From assembly GCF_009914755.1 (NCBI RefSeq), contig NC_060935.1: DNA of 64,000 nucleotides. One strand, given 5' to 3'. Of this stretch, positions 26,480 to 38,131 are shown one piece after another. A program made the position numbers and the translations under genes. Source of the stretch: the human T2T-CHM13v2.0 reference genome, Homo sapiens. The notes under the pieces were generated by a model. That model ran no database searches. It was not told the DNA's origin and saw only the letters and a list, made by a program, of their open reading frames with translations. Within the stretch, counting starts at the first letter, position 1. Each line of letters starts with the position of its first letter.

Positions 26480-27220
26480 GGCCAGCGTCGGGGCTCCTCT
26501 CCCTCTGGCCAATGTGGGGAGCCTCCCTAAAGTGCTCCCCTCCCGCCCAGGACCAGGAGCTGCCCCAAAGCAGCACAGTCCAGCAAGCAGGACGCCTGGA
26601 CCCTTTAAACAACCCGACTGCTGCGCCGTATTCACCGCAATAGGCGGGCAGGAGCGGGACGCACTGCTTCCAGAGTCCCGGCCCTTTAAGCGACCCACAC
26701 TCCCCGCGTCGCATTCACCCTAATAGGCGGGCATACAAATGCCGTTGCCTGGAGCCGCAGCCCAGCGAATGGGACCCACAGCGGCGCGCCCTTTAGTTGA
26801 CTCTGTCTTATTCGCCGCAATAGCTGATCAGGAGAAATCCCGCTGGCTGCCAGGAAAGGGGCGCGGAGATGCGGATGCTCCGCCCCAACACCACGCCTTC
26901 CTCTGCTGACCATCCCCAAAGTCCCCTTTAAATGACAACCCTCCCCCCCCCCACCCCGCCCCCACACCGAGCGCCGTATTCACCCCAATAGCACATCAAT
27001 CCCTCCGCAACGCCGGGATACTGAGCTCTCCCTCCCCTGGCCGAGGAAGGCCCTTCCCCGCGAGGAAGCAGCTGAGAATGGGCCAGCGAGAGAAGGGACA
27101 AAGGCACGGGCGACAGAGCTCCCTCTGTGCTGTCCCCCAGCGTCTGGAGGCCCGTTCCCGCCTTGCTCAGAAGCACAGGGCACTTACCAAGGGGCCATCC
27201 GTGACCAGCAGTCAGGGGCA
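26480..27220. promoter_or_regulatory. Intronic CpG island with a four-fold repeated motif
   Basis: CpG-dense relative to flanks (GCGCCG, GGCGGG, GCGGCGCGCC, GCGCGG); repeated TATTCRCCNCAATAG. Confidence 0.75.
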
Positions 27221-27878
27221 TGCTGTCTCCAAGCTGGGGTGGTGCTTCTGCTCTGCCAGGTACGGCAGCGCTTACTGAAGGTTTGCCATCTCCCCTGGCC
27301 TTGGATGAAGGGAAGGCGACCCCAGGCTGGTCACAACAGGCAGCCTGACCAGCTGCCTGCCGAGGTGGGGTATCCCTCAAATCTCCTCCCTGTTTTCCAC
27401 TTAAAATCCCTAAGAATGTACATATTTAGAAGGAATACTGTTCAGTTGTTGAGCCTCAACTTTCCCCTTCATCCTTGTCTTCGTGTCAGCAGGGTGAGAG
27501 GGGATCTATGGACCAGTTAAGTCCATCTGCATTCACCAAACACACTATTAGGCATCCCGAGGAGGTGAGACACCCTAAGGGCTCCATTCCTAAATCAGAG
27601 ATGATGGGACTCTGGGAAGAGTCACGCCCTCTTGTCCTTCCCATCCTAGAGCATGGAGGAAATGAGCTGGTCACGTCCCACACCAGCCGATGCTGGTGAA
27701 ACCAGGACATGGTGGGTGGGACTTGCTAGATGGGGGCAGCCAGTCTCAATCTACTGACCTCCCTGGGATGAGACAGTATGACGGCTTTCCACATGTGCCT
27801 CACTTAACCGTAGAACACCTACTGTGTGCCAGCCCCTGGGAAGAGAGCCCGGAGCAGACTTGCAGGCAACCGTGCATG

Positions 27879-27944
27879 GGGACAGACACCGCGCACCAGC
27901 GGCACCCACCAGGGACAGATGCCACGCACCAGCGGCGCCCACCA
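27879..27944. repeat. 33-bp tandem duplication
   Basis: GGGACAGA..CC.CGCACCAGCGGC.CCCACCA at 27879 and 27912. Confidence 0.88.
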
Positions 27945-27999
27945 TGAACCTGGCTTGGCCCAATCGCTTTCTCCATAGGAAGCCATTCAATTAAACAAA

Positions 28000-28380
28000 C
28001 ATGACCATTTCAGTATAAATAAAGAGAAAACAAAACACAGAGCTGAGAGCTGCTTTGGAATGGGTAACGGGCCAGGAACAGAGACTCTCTCAGAGAGGCA
28101 GCATCTGAGCTGGGACCTGAATTAGATGGAGCCCACCAAATGCAGATCCAAGGAGGGGCCGAAAGCAGAGGCACAGGCAGTGCAAAGGCCCTGGAGTAAG
28201 AAGCCGGGGCTGACGCCAGACCCCTGTGAGCAAGGAGGGGAGAGGGAGGGGAGGGGAGGGGGAGAGGAGAACAAGGGAAGGGAGACAGAGTGGAGGGGCA
28301 TCTAGGGCCTGTGGGGTCTGGAAAGGGGTCAGGACTTACTGAGACCCATGGCAAATCTCAAAGGGCTCTAAGTGGTCAAA
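28000..28380 (-). mobile_element. L2 fragment
   Basis: GCATCTGAGCTGGGACCTGAA ... GCAGAGGCACAGGCAGTGCAAAGGCCCTGGAG (typical antisense L2). Confidence 0.65.
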
Positions 28381-31049
28381 TTACATGAAGTGGTTTATCT
28401 TTTTAAACACCATGCTGGCTGCTGGCTGGAGAAGGGCTAGGAAGGCCACGAAAGGGGAGCCTACTAGGTAGCTGATGTGGAGCTCCAGGCAAGAGCTGGT
28501 AGGGCCAGGAGGGGAGTGGAGGCCAGCCCTGGAGGGAGTAGCCGGATGTGAGGTGGGCTGGGAGGCCGAGCAAAGCATTTGCTCTCAGCCTGGGTGGCTC
28601 TGAGATTTGCAACAAAGGCCCTCTAGGAATTCTGGATCCCTCTAAGCCAGCCAAGAAGGCTCATGTCCCACCCCCTCCCCATCTCCCACCTCAAGCCCTG
28701 GTCCTGAGGACACAGCTGGTGCCCACTCCGCTTAGTGTAGATGCCAGCACAAGGCAATCTCACATCCTCGTGGACATGATCCCAGAGGCCCTGGCTCAGA
28801 ACAACTGTGATGCTAAGAGAACAACGCGGTCCTTAGTCCAAGTCCTTTGTACTCGACCGCCAACCCTACCACTCTCCGGAGCAGCTTCACTATCTGCCCA
28901 TACATCTCCACGGGAAAGGTTACCCAGCCGTGGCCAAGACCCAGCCACCAAGGCCCCAAAACCTTTAAAAATCTTGACCAGCCCAGGAGCCCCATCCTCA
29001 GGCTGTCAGTTGCCTCCTCAAGCTGCAGGCTCGGTAAGTCATCAAGCAAAGCTGGCATCGAGAACAATATTCTTTTCCTTTGTGCCGGTCACAAGCAGCA
29101 TGAGGACATCCAGGGCAGCATGCCTGTCCCTGTCGGGAGGCCAGTGGCCCTCACTTGTACCCCCCAACATCTACCCCCCAGCACACTGGTGCACTCCCTG
29201 GGCTCCCCTGCCAACCCTGCAAGTGGTGGGCACTTCTACCCACCTGGCCCTTGGACTCCACAAGGGGAGCTGCACCTAACGGCTCCCTCCCCGACAGCTC
29301 CCTTCCTGTCAAAATGACCGGGATCCTTTTGGCACTGTGCAACCCTGGGCCTCGGCCCCTCTACAACCCCCTGTCCCGGAGGTCAGAGCTTCCAGCTCCC
29401 CAGGCCTCTCCGGGAGAACCCTGAGCTGGGTCCACAACATTTCTCAGCTGCGGTCACAGGCTCAGATTCACCTGTCCCTTGAACAATAAATGGGAATGGG
29501 GGCGGGGGGCACCTTCTGTCATCTTGGGTAAGTTTTCCACCTGCACACTGTGCCTGTATGTGTGCAAACGTGTGCAGGCTTAACCACAGAATCAGCAGAG
29601 AGCACCAGTCCCCAAAACACAGCTGGCAGAGACACACACAGCCCTTCCACCCGCCGGCTTGTCACAGAGTGTTTCTCCCTCCCCCAAGCGTTACATGTCA
29701 GATTACTATCAGCGCTCAGAGTGAGGCCAGGATCTCAGGAGAGAAACTGATACCAGGCATTCTCAGCATAGTAAATACAATCCTGGGTAGGGGTTGGGTG
29801 GGGGGGGCGGTCTTGCGTTGGTATTCTGTAAAGAGCTGAAAGCAGTCCTTTGAAGAACATGGCCTATTCATGGCCCAATCTGGACCCAGAAAGGAGCCTC
29901 CACTGGACATGCAGGATGGCTGCCCGGGGTTCGACATCTGCAGGGCAGCCTCTCTGAGACCAGGCCCAGGACTGCAGGTCAGAGGCTCCTCATCCGGCCT
30001 ATCTGCTGTGTCACCTTTCTTAAACACAGCCTGGCAAGACAGACACACGCGGTGCCTGCCTCCTGGCACCCCAGGCCAGCCCCACACGCGTGCAGGCAGA
30101 CAATAGGATCTGCAGTTCTGGAGCCTGAGACCAGAAGGGAGCAGCTGGGCACATGATGCCACCCCAGGTTGCCACAAACCTGCCCGATGCCTGCAAAGCC
30201 CCCACTCACCTGGCAGGTTCAAGGAACAGCAAGGCCCTGTGTACCAAGGAGGTGGGATAAAAACGTGCAGAGGGGCCTTACTCCTGGGGTTGGGGAGCAG
30301 AGTTTCTGTTCAGTCTGGGATCTGGATCAGCCCTGGTGCAGGCAGACCCAAGAGCATCTATCTAGGATCCCAAAGGCTGGCCCACTTCTCCAGGCTTTGG
30401 GAGGCTGTATCAGGTGGGGTGGGACCCTTACAGAAGTCTTCCTGTAAAAGGCACCTTGAAGAGACTGGGGCAGACACACAGAGGGGAGCAAGTTGCGAAA
30501 CGGCAAGAGAGGAAATCCACCCAGCCGCTTCGGCGGGGCAGACCCGCTCAGCCCAAGGATGAGGGAGGGGCTGGGCTCAGCCCAGGGACGAGGGAGGGGC
30601 AGGTAAGCCCACCCTGTGACCCCTCCATACCCCCAGGAGTCACCCCAAACCCTAACTCCAGTTGGCTTCTGACAGGAGGCAGCCCAGCGGTCTGGGTGGG
30701 GGTTGGGGGCGGTGCCTGGGAAGCCCAGGACGGGCCTGTTGCCCGGGGGGCTGCAGACTCCAGCCTCCTTCCTGCCTGCCCCACCCTCCTGCACCCCGCT
30801 CCCCGGGAGGAATCTTCAAGTGCACAAGACCCTCTTGAGGACTCAGGCACCTCAACAATCCCTAAGGCTCCACATCTTCAGGGGGTCAGTGCCCCAGAGA
30901 TGGGGGCTGTGGGCAAGGTCCTTCCCTAGCCTGTAATCCAGGCAGCCCCCTGACTCTGCGGACTCAGACACAGCAGTCCTCCCAAGCCCGCAGCTGGGAC
31001 GCCAGACTCAGATCCCAGACCCCCTGCAGACCCATCAAGACCTGGCTCC

Positions 31050-31950
31050 TTGGAGCCCGCGTCGGCCGAGCTGGGGGGACAGACCCCCTGATTGGCCAGG
31101 GTTTGTGGTGGTCAGACCCAGCCACCTTCCCTGGCGGTCCCGGCTCCTTTAAGCCCCACCAAGTGGGGAGCCGAGCTGGGCGCGCCGCTTCCCACTCGCG
31201 GGCCCCACCCGCCCCAACCCGCCAGGCGCCGACCCGTCCTGGCCCGGGGCGCCCCCAGGCTCCCGCGCTCCCCAGCTCCCCAGCGCGCGACCGGCCCCGC
31301 GGCGTGGTTCCCCGCACTGGCTACTGCCAGGGTCCGCGGGGCTGCGGCGCGAGCTCCTGGATCCCTTCGGCCGGCCCCCCGCGGCCCTCGGTTCGCTCCG
31401 GCCCTGCCCGGCGGGGCCCTCCGGATCCTTCCCAGCCCGCCATCCCCCGGGCCGCCGCGCTCCTACCTCCTACCGTGCCGCGAGCTCGGTGCTCCGGGCC
31501 GGCCGGGCGCGCGGGGGCTCCACTGGCGGCGCGGGCCTGGCTGCAGGAAATGCCAGCAGATGGTCCCCCCGCGCGAGGCGGAGCGAGGGCGCGGCGGAGG
31601 GAGGAGGCCCAGGGAGCCCGGAGGCGGGAGGAGGAGGCGCGGCGGCCGCAAAACCCGGGCCGAATCGCCGCGCGGAGCGGGCGCCCAGGGGCTGCCCCCC
31701 ACCGGCTGCCGCTTCTCCTCATCCCCCAACCCCCCGCGCGCGCTCCGGGGCTCACACCCACCCGGGCGGCCAGAGGTCGGGACACTCCGCTGAAAATGGC
31801 CAGGAGGCTTGGCGGGGTGGGCAGCGGTGAGTGGGGTCAGCTTCGTGGGGTTCTCCAACTTAGGGGTGCAGGCCCCCAGCCCACCCTAGCCAGGGTGCGA
31901 GGCGCCTCCTCTCCCTTCCTGAACCCAGGAAACTGTCGCCGTTTCTCCCC
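31050..31950. promoter_or_regulatory. Promoter CpG island
   Basis: Very high GC and CpG density (GCGCGC, GCGGCCGC at ~31641, multiple GGCGG/GGAGG runs). Confidence 0.93.
31474..31640 (-). other. OSBPL5: Non-coding first exon (5' UTR); TSS position approximate
   Basis: Minus strand reads ...GGAGCACCGAGCTCGCGGCACG|GTAGGAG|GTAGGA, with donors at 31473 and 31466. No ATG on the minus strand between ~31700 and the donor. Gene symbol is from recall only. Confidence 0.55.
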
Positions 31951-32843
31951 GTCTCAGGAGCCATCAGAACACAAGAGGAGCCCCAGACATCTGAGCCCGT
32001 TGTCCCTGCCCCTTATGTGCTAAGAAGGACCCTCAGTCACACTCTAACTGTACGTCTTTCTCAGGACCCTTTTGACAAGAACCTCCCCTCATGTGCATTT
32101 CTTCCTGTGTTTTCTCCTCACCTTCTTCTACCCCCCAGAGACCTTTTTAGACCCCTCAGTTCTCTTGTATATAAAAGACATTCTAATTCCCCTAAACAGC
32201 ATCCCCTTGGGAGCTGAGAAGTCCTCCCCTGGCCCCTGGCTCCCTGCCTGTAGACCCTAAATTGGGTGTGGGCCCAGGGCTGGCCCCAGGGCGTTTGCAT
32301 CCCTAGTGTCCAAGCCTGAGGTGCACTGCAGGTCCTTCCTATGGTATGTCCCCAAATGACCAGAAAAACTGGGAGCTGGGCTCGGGCATCCCCAGATGTA
32401 GGTAGACCCCAAGAGGGCGTGGAGTCTTTTCCACACAGAACCTTAACAGGGACAGAACTGACCCTCCGCAGAGAGCCCTGGGCTCCTCCCCAGGCAGAAC
32501 TGCCACTGACACGTGTGTTTCTACGGTTTCACGCTGCAGTTGCATTCGGGAGGCCGCAAGCCTGGCTATCATGGGCGTCTGCAAGACCTCCCAGCAGGGC
32601 TGCGGAGGGCGAGCGGCCCAGGAAGGCTCCTTCCAGCACCTGAAGGGGGAACGGCACAGCATGCAGGTGCTCTGCCCACAACAAGCCAGACCCCTTCCCG
32701 TCTCAGCCCTGGCCTTGCCCACCCCGTTAGACAAGTTGGTGGGTATCCTCCTGGGGATAGCAGCACCAGCCGCTTGTGTGCGGATCACAGGAACCCACGG
32801 CTTACGGAGGCGAGTGGGCTGATCGGACTTGCCCTAAGCTTAC

Positions 32844-33030
32844 CCCCAGGGCTAGCATTGCCATTCCATAGTCACCTTGTGAGGCCTTGGGATGCAGAAC
32901 TGCTCAGTCAAGATGCTCAGGGCCATGGTGGGACCCTGCTCCGCGTGGCCTGTGGCAGGCGGCCTCTGCCTCTGCAGGAGAGGGTCTGTGCAGCTGGGAT
33001 CCACATACAACTGCTGGGTCTGCTCTTTGA
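32844..33030 (-). other. Candidate alternative upstream first exon
   Basis: Near-consensus donor GGG|GTAAGC (plus-strand GCTTAC 32838-32843) just downstream of a GC/CCAAT cluster. Confidence 0.45.
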
Positions 33031-33033
33031 AGA

Positions 33034-33135
33034 CTCCGCCCAAAGCTGAGGTGCTGCTGCCTGGTAACTTGCTGGTTGCTGGAGCCAATCCAAAGGGAAT
33101 TAGGGAAGAAAACAAAGCCCCTATCCCTAGGGCGG
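33034..33135. promoter_or_regulatory. GC box - CCAAT box - GC box cluster
   Basis: CTCCGCCC 33034-33041, AGCCAATC ~33083-33090, GGGCGG 33130-33135. Confidence 0.5.
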
Positions 33136-34051
33136 AGGTCTCAGGGGCGGCAGTAGGGAAGGTTGCCAGTTGCTTGATGCTGGCTGTCCAGGGCCTGGGT
33201 TTCATGAAATGACACTGCTGAGGGCAGAGGTCAAAAGTCAAAGAGGCACCTGAGGGTGGGGGAAGGGGCCATAGATGACAGCAGGGTGGGGCTGGGGTGG
33301 AGCAGGACGAGGGTTGAGCCTCTCACTGGGTAGTGTCTGACAGCCAGATGGCCATGCAAGAAATGAAGAACACGCCACCTGCCAGGCTCAGTGACAGGTG
33401 TCAGTTGTCTGCCCCACTTCCCAGCAGGCTCTGCATTTTTCCAGAAAGCCCCATTTCCAGCCTCTTGCCTGGTTTTGGAGAGGCAGTGAGCCGAAGAGGT
33501 TGCCCCCAGCAAGAGGTAGGTCCGAATCCTGCTGCTGCCAGAAAGAAGCTCTGTCACCAGGCAGTGGCTTGTTCCTCCTGGGACCCCGCTTCCTCTCCTG
33601 TCAGATGGACACAGCATCTGTGCCTGGTGGCCAACGCAGGAAATGAAGGCGTCAGAGGTCTCAGAGATGGGCAGAGCCAGGTGCCAATGGCACCAGCTTT
33701 AGGGGGGCACGCCCAGTAGGCCCCACCATCCAGGAGCCCTTGAGCAGGTTTGTGCAACTGGCCGTGCCTCAGTTTCCTCATCTATAAATGGCGATGACCA
33801 GAGCAGTTTCCGCTGCATGAGCTGCCATAAGTCCCCAGTGGGCCAACAGACTTTGCAAGCGCTGGCTGTTGGTGGGCACTGGGGACCATGAGTGGACTAT
33901 GGGAAGGAACGGCTTGCAGCGCCCAGCTGGTTAGTTTGGAATTTATGGTAATTCAGAAAAATATGTCTGTGATAAGTAAGAACTTAAAAAATGCTTTGCA
34001 AGGACAGTGCAATTTAAAATCAGGGCAGTTCCAATCCAAGTCTCCAGAATG

Positions 34052-34267
34052 GCAGTTCTCTGCTAGGGGCGGTTTTGCCTCCAGTTTCCAGGTGGCATTT
34101 GCCACTGCCTGGAGATAGTTCTGGCCGTCGTCATTGGAGGTTGCTACTGGTGTCTAGTGGGTAGAGGCCGAGGATGTTGCTAAACACGTTGTCATGCACG
34201 GGACAGCCTCCACCACAAAGGGTGACCCGGCCCCAAATGCTGGTCATGCTGAGGTCAAGAATCCCTG
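34052..34267. mobile_element. MER20 (hAT-Charlie)
   Basis: GGGGCGGTTTTGCC ... TGCTACTGGTGTCTAGTGGGTAGAGGCCGAGGATGTTGCTAAACA ... TGCTGAGGTCAAGAATCCCTG. Confidence 0.88.
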
Positions 34268-34449
34268 CCCCAGAAGTGAATACATGTCCACCTGCTGGCA
34301 TCACTCCTTGGTTTCGGGTGGTTGGTCTAAGCCCCCAAGGCCTCCTGCTGATGGAGCCCCTACCCTGTCCCAGGTTCTTTGCATCTCATCTACTTCTCCT
34401 GACCCCGACTGAGGGGTGAATAAGATGGCTGTGGGCACCTTTCTCGTGT

Positions 34450-34610
34450 CAGACCCTTTTCTGAGGGCTTTAGACACTTGGTGCATTTAATCTGCCTCAC
34501 AACTTTATGAGCTGGTTCTGTCGTGATTGGCTCCATTTCACAGATGGGGAAGCTGAGGCACAGCAGGCGAGGCAGTCACCAACCTCTCTGGCTCCAGAAC
34601 TGTGCTCTGA
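34450..34610 (-). mobile_element. MIR
   Basis: CATTTAATCTGCCTCACAACTTTATGAG ... CCATTTCACAGATGGGGAAGCTGAGGCACAG. Confidence 0.75.
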
Positions 34611-34914
34611 TCTGCCGTGCTCTGCCACCTGGTTCATAATGAAGACCCACCGGCTCAGAGGAAACCCCCCCGCAAAAGCCCCTGCCCCTTCTGCTACATC
34701 TGGCTGCCTCCCTGGGAAGGGCTGGGGTGGCCAGGACATGTGGGAACAGCGCTGGGCCCAATCCAGAGAAGGTGCCACCAACCGGGGAAGCCTTGCTCAG
34801 GGCTTCAGCCACTACAGGAGCCAGTGGGGCTGGGTGTGGCCCCCTAGGGAGAGACCTTAAGCAGGTCAGGGCCGGCAAACTGTCATCGGTTATCTCCTTT
34901 GGTCCTTTACAGCC

Positions 34915-35221
34915 TTTTTTTTTTTTTTTTTTTTTTTTTTTGAGACGGAGTCTCACTCTGTCGCTCAGGATGGAGTGCAGTGGCACAACCTCGGCTCACT
35001 GCAACCTCCGCCCTCCAAGTTCAAGCGATTCTCCTGCCTCAGGCTCCTGAGTAGCTGAGATTACAGGTGCCCGCCACCACACCCGGCTACTTTTTGTATT
35101 TTTTGTAGAGATGGGGTTTCACCATCTTGGCCAGGCTGGTCTTGAACTCCTGACCTTGTGATCGACCCTCCTCGGACTCCCAAAGTGCTGGGATTACGGG
35201 CATGAGCCACCGCGCCCGGCC
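34915..35221 (-). mobile_element. AluS with long poly(A) tail
   Basis: ~26 T, then GAGACGGAGTCTCACTC...CGCGCCCGGCC; imperfect TSD CCTTTACAGCCTT / CCTTTTCAGTCTT. Confidence 0.95.
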
Positions 35222-36167
35222 CTTTTCAGTCTTCTGAGGTAGCAATAACCACTTCTCTCCATTAGACAGATGAGGAAACCGAGGCCCCAGTAGTAAGGGG
35301 TGCACCTGGACTTTGGTGGGTCTCCGACTCCTAGTGGGACACCTGCCCGGTTTCCCTGGGCTGCAGTGGGGAGACCCAGGGGTGAGCCTGGGCTCTGCTG
35401 CCCTCCCTGCTGCCCTGAAGGCACATCCACCGCCAGGTGTGGTCTCTGGTGGGAGCCCATTCTGTTTCCTTTCCGGGCAGGGGGAGGAGATTCCATCTCC
35501 CGTAGGCGGTGGGGCGTCAGTGAAACTCAAAGCGTCCAGATAGTCTCCACAGCACAAAGCTAATCATGAAAACATCGCAGCATGTATGGACCGTTTGCCA
35601 TGCGCCTGGCACTACGTCCTCAACTTCACGTGACCGGATTGCATCCCCCGCACTGCCGGCAAGCCTGTGGTTATCAGTATCCCCAGCTTACAGACGCCGA
35701 AGTGGAAAGTCAAGGAGGTGAAGCCACCAGCTCCAGGCTGGCCACTGGGGAGCGTCCCAGGCAGGACTGGAAGCCAAGCTAGCGTTCCGGTTACAGGAGG
35801 CAGGCTCTCCCCGCTGTTCCCTCCTTCGGGGCTGGACACGGCTGCCACTTTGGGCCACCAGCCATGGGAGGGAGCCAAGTCTTTTCCGCTCCTGGATCCC
35901 ACAGGGGTGCAGGGGCTGGGGGCCTGAGGAGGAGCAGGGACGTACTGGGTCCCCACATGCGTTCCTCCTCCTCTTCCTAGGGAGACTGTGGTCGCATCTC
36001 CCGGGCTGAGTCACAAAGCCAGCTGTGGGGAGCGGGGCGGAGCAGTGGCTGTTTTCTGTTCTTTTGGTTTCTTCCTGGGGCAGCCTGCAGGACTCCCTTC
36101 CCAGCTCTGGGCCCGCACTGCCCACAGTGTGTCCTGAGCAGGCCTGCTGCCTGAAGGCTCGCTCCGG

Positions 36168-36298
36168 CTCTCTGGCTCTGTCTGCCTGTCTCTCTCTGAC
36201 TCTCTTACTCTGTGTCTCTGTCTGTCTCTCTCTCTGATGCACACGTGTGCATGCACACGTGTGCATGCACACACACACACATGCACACCCACACACAC
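36168..36298. repeat. (TC)n-like tract followed by a (CA)n/palindromic tract
   Basis: Read directly from the sequence. Confidence 0.85.
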
Positions 36299-37736
36299 CC
36301 CTGTCTTCCAGAAAGCCACATCTAAACTCGTGATTCAGGCATTGTAATATGATCGTAATAAAAATGGAGTTTCCCACCTCTCTTGGTGACAGTGTTTGGA
36401 CTCCTGCCTGAAAGGACAAGAAGGTGCTATTTATAGGGTCAAAACCTCCGCAGGACTCGGCGGGAGGCTGAGGTGGCTCCAGGGGGCTGTGGGTGCTGCT
36501 GAACGGCATTGGATATATGGGATAAGCCCGTGCTCAGACGTCCCCACGAGTGTGGAGCCAGTCCTCAGAGGTGACTCCCAGGGTGGCGGGCTCTGCCTGC
36601 GGCCCTGCTATGTGCAGCCAGCCCTATGTCATCCTTCACCACACCTGGCCAAGAGGAGGAGCAGGGCCTCATGGGCACTGCAGTGAGGTTGGTGATACAC
36701 CCCAGAAATCTCACGGGGTAAAGAAAGAAATGCCCAGAGGTCCCCAAAGCTGGCCGGTGCCCAGGCTGAGTGGAGGCAGCTGCTCCGGAGAAGCTGCTGG
36801 CTGGGGGCGCTGCCTTGGGCTCCAGCTGGGCCTCTTCTCAGGGGTCAGGGGCACGCCCAGCTCAGAACCTGGGTTTAAGAGCTCCTTACCTGTCACCCTT
36901 GGCCATGGGCTGCATCTGCCACAGTCTTGGGCGTCTGCCTGCCCCACGGTGGTGCTGGAGGCAAGGAGGGAGGTTGGGAGGAGGCAGTTCACAAGCGGCC
37001 CAGGCTCCTGCTTGGGGCTCGGGGGGAAGCTCCTGTCCCCGCTCTGAGGAGGGAGGCAGTGATCCTCCCCGCCCAGGGAGGAGCCACAGCATGTTGGGCA
37101 GCTGTGGGTATGGAGAGAACCCTGGGCAAGGCCGCAGGGACCTGGGGGTGGGGTCTCCTCGGTGCTGGTACCTGAAGGAGCAGATCAAGGGGCACCCGGA
37201 ACAGACACATCTCAAAGGGAGGCACATCGTGTCCGAGTTCTCACCCAGGAAGCCCGGTGTGTCCACTTGGGAGGCTGCAGACCCCGCAGGTGGAGGGGCA
37301 GCCTCCCGGAGCCTGCTCACTCAGGCGATGCTCCCTGGCAGTGACTCCTGAGATCAGAGCTGGGTCCTGAACCTCCACATTGGCTTGGGGCTGAGGACTT
37401 GCTGCAGGAAAGCAGGGCCCTCCTGGGGCACAGACGAGGTGGAGAGGGCTGAAGCAAAGCTGAGACCTGCCCTCTGCATCCTGGGTGCGTGTGCCCCTCA
37501 GGAAGAACTAACAGCACCTGCTGTAAGCCAGAAGTACACAGGGTCACCTCATCCAGATCTGGCTCTAAGTTAATGAGACCTTGAGCCTTCCTAGTAAGTC
37601 GCTGACAGCCCATGAGGAAGACCCCATCCCTGACTTCAGAATGCTGGTGCTCGAAGACACGCAGTGGCCCTGGAGGATGTGATGACCACATGAAACCCCG
37701 CTGTTTCTCCTCAACCAACAGACCAACTGTAAACAG

Positions 37737-38131
37737 GTGTGCTCGTTTCCCGGAACCGCCAGAACAAAAAGCTACCACACGCCGGAGGGCTTGAAACAAC
37801 AGGAATTGGTTCCCCCACAGTTCTGGGGGCTGGAAGCCTGAAATCAAGGTCTCAGCAGCTGGGTTCCTTCTGGAGGCTCTGGGGGAGGGTCCTTCCCTGC
37901 TTCTCCCCAGTTTCTGGTGGCCAGCAATCCTTGGCACTCCTTGGCTTGGAGATGAGTCCCTCCAATCTCTGCCTCCATCCTCAGCCACGGCGTTCTTCCC
38001 TTTCTGTGTCTGTGACTCAAATCTCCATCTCCTTTATTTTATAAGGGCACCAGTCATAGGATTTAGGGCCCACTAGGGTAATCCAGGATAATTTCATCTG
38101 AAAATCTTGCATTTGATTACATCTGCAAAGA
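37737..38131 (-). mobile_element. MLT1B/C-type MaLR LTR
   Basis: GCTTGAAACAACAGGAATT...CACAGTTCTGGGGGCTGGAAG...GATTACATCTGCAAAGACCCTATTTCCAA. Confidence 0.85.

Noticed and set aside
26595-26995. Four-fold motif read as a CRISPR array or a canonical ZFP57-type imprinting control region
   Set aside because: The repeats are degenerate with irregular spacing, and I saw no TGCCGC hexamer in this island. It is kept only as a regulatory-motif finding.
31553-31565. CTCF-like CCAGCAGATGGTC in exon 1
   Set aside because: It mismatches the core GGC, and a single imperfect match in a CpG island is not supportable without ChIP data.
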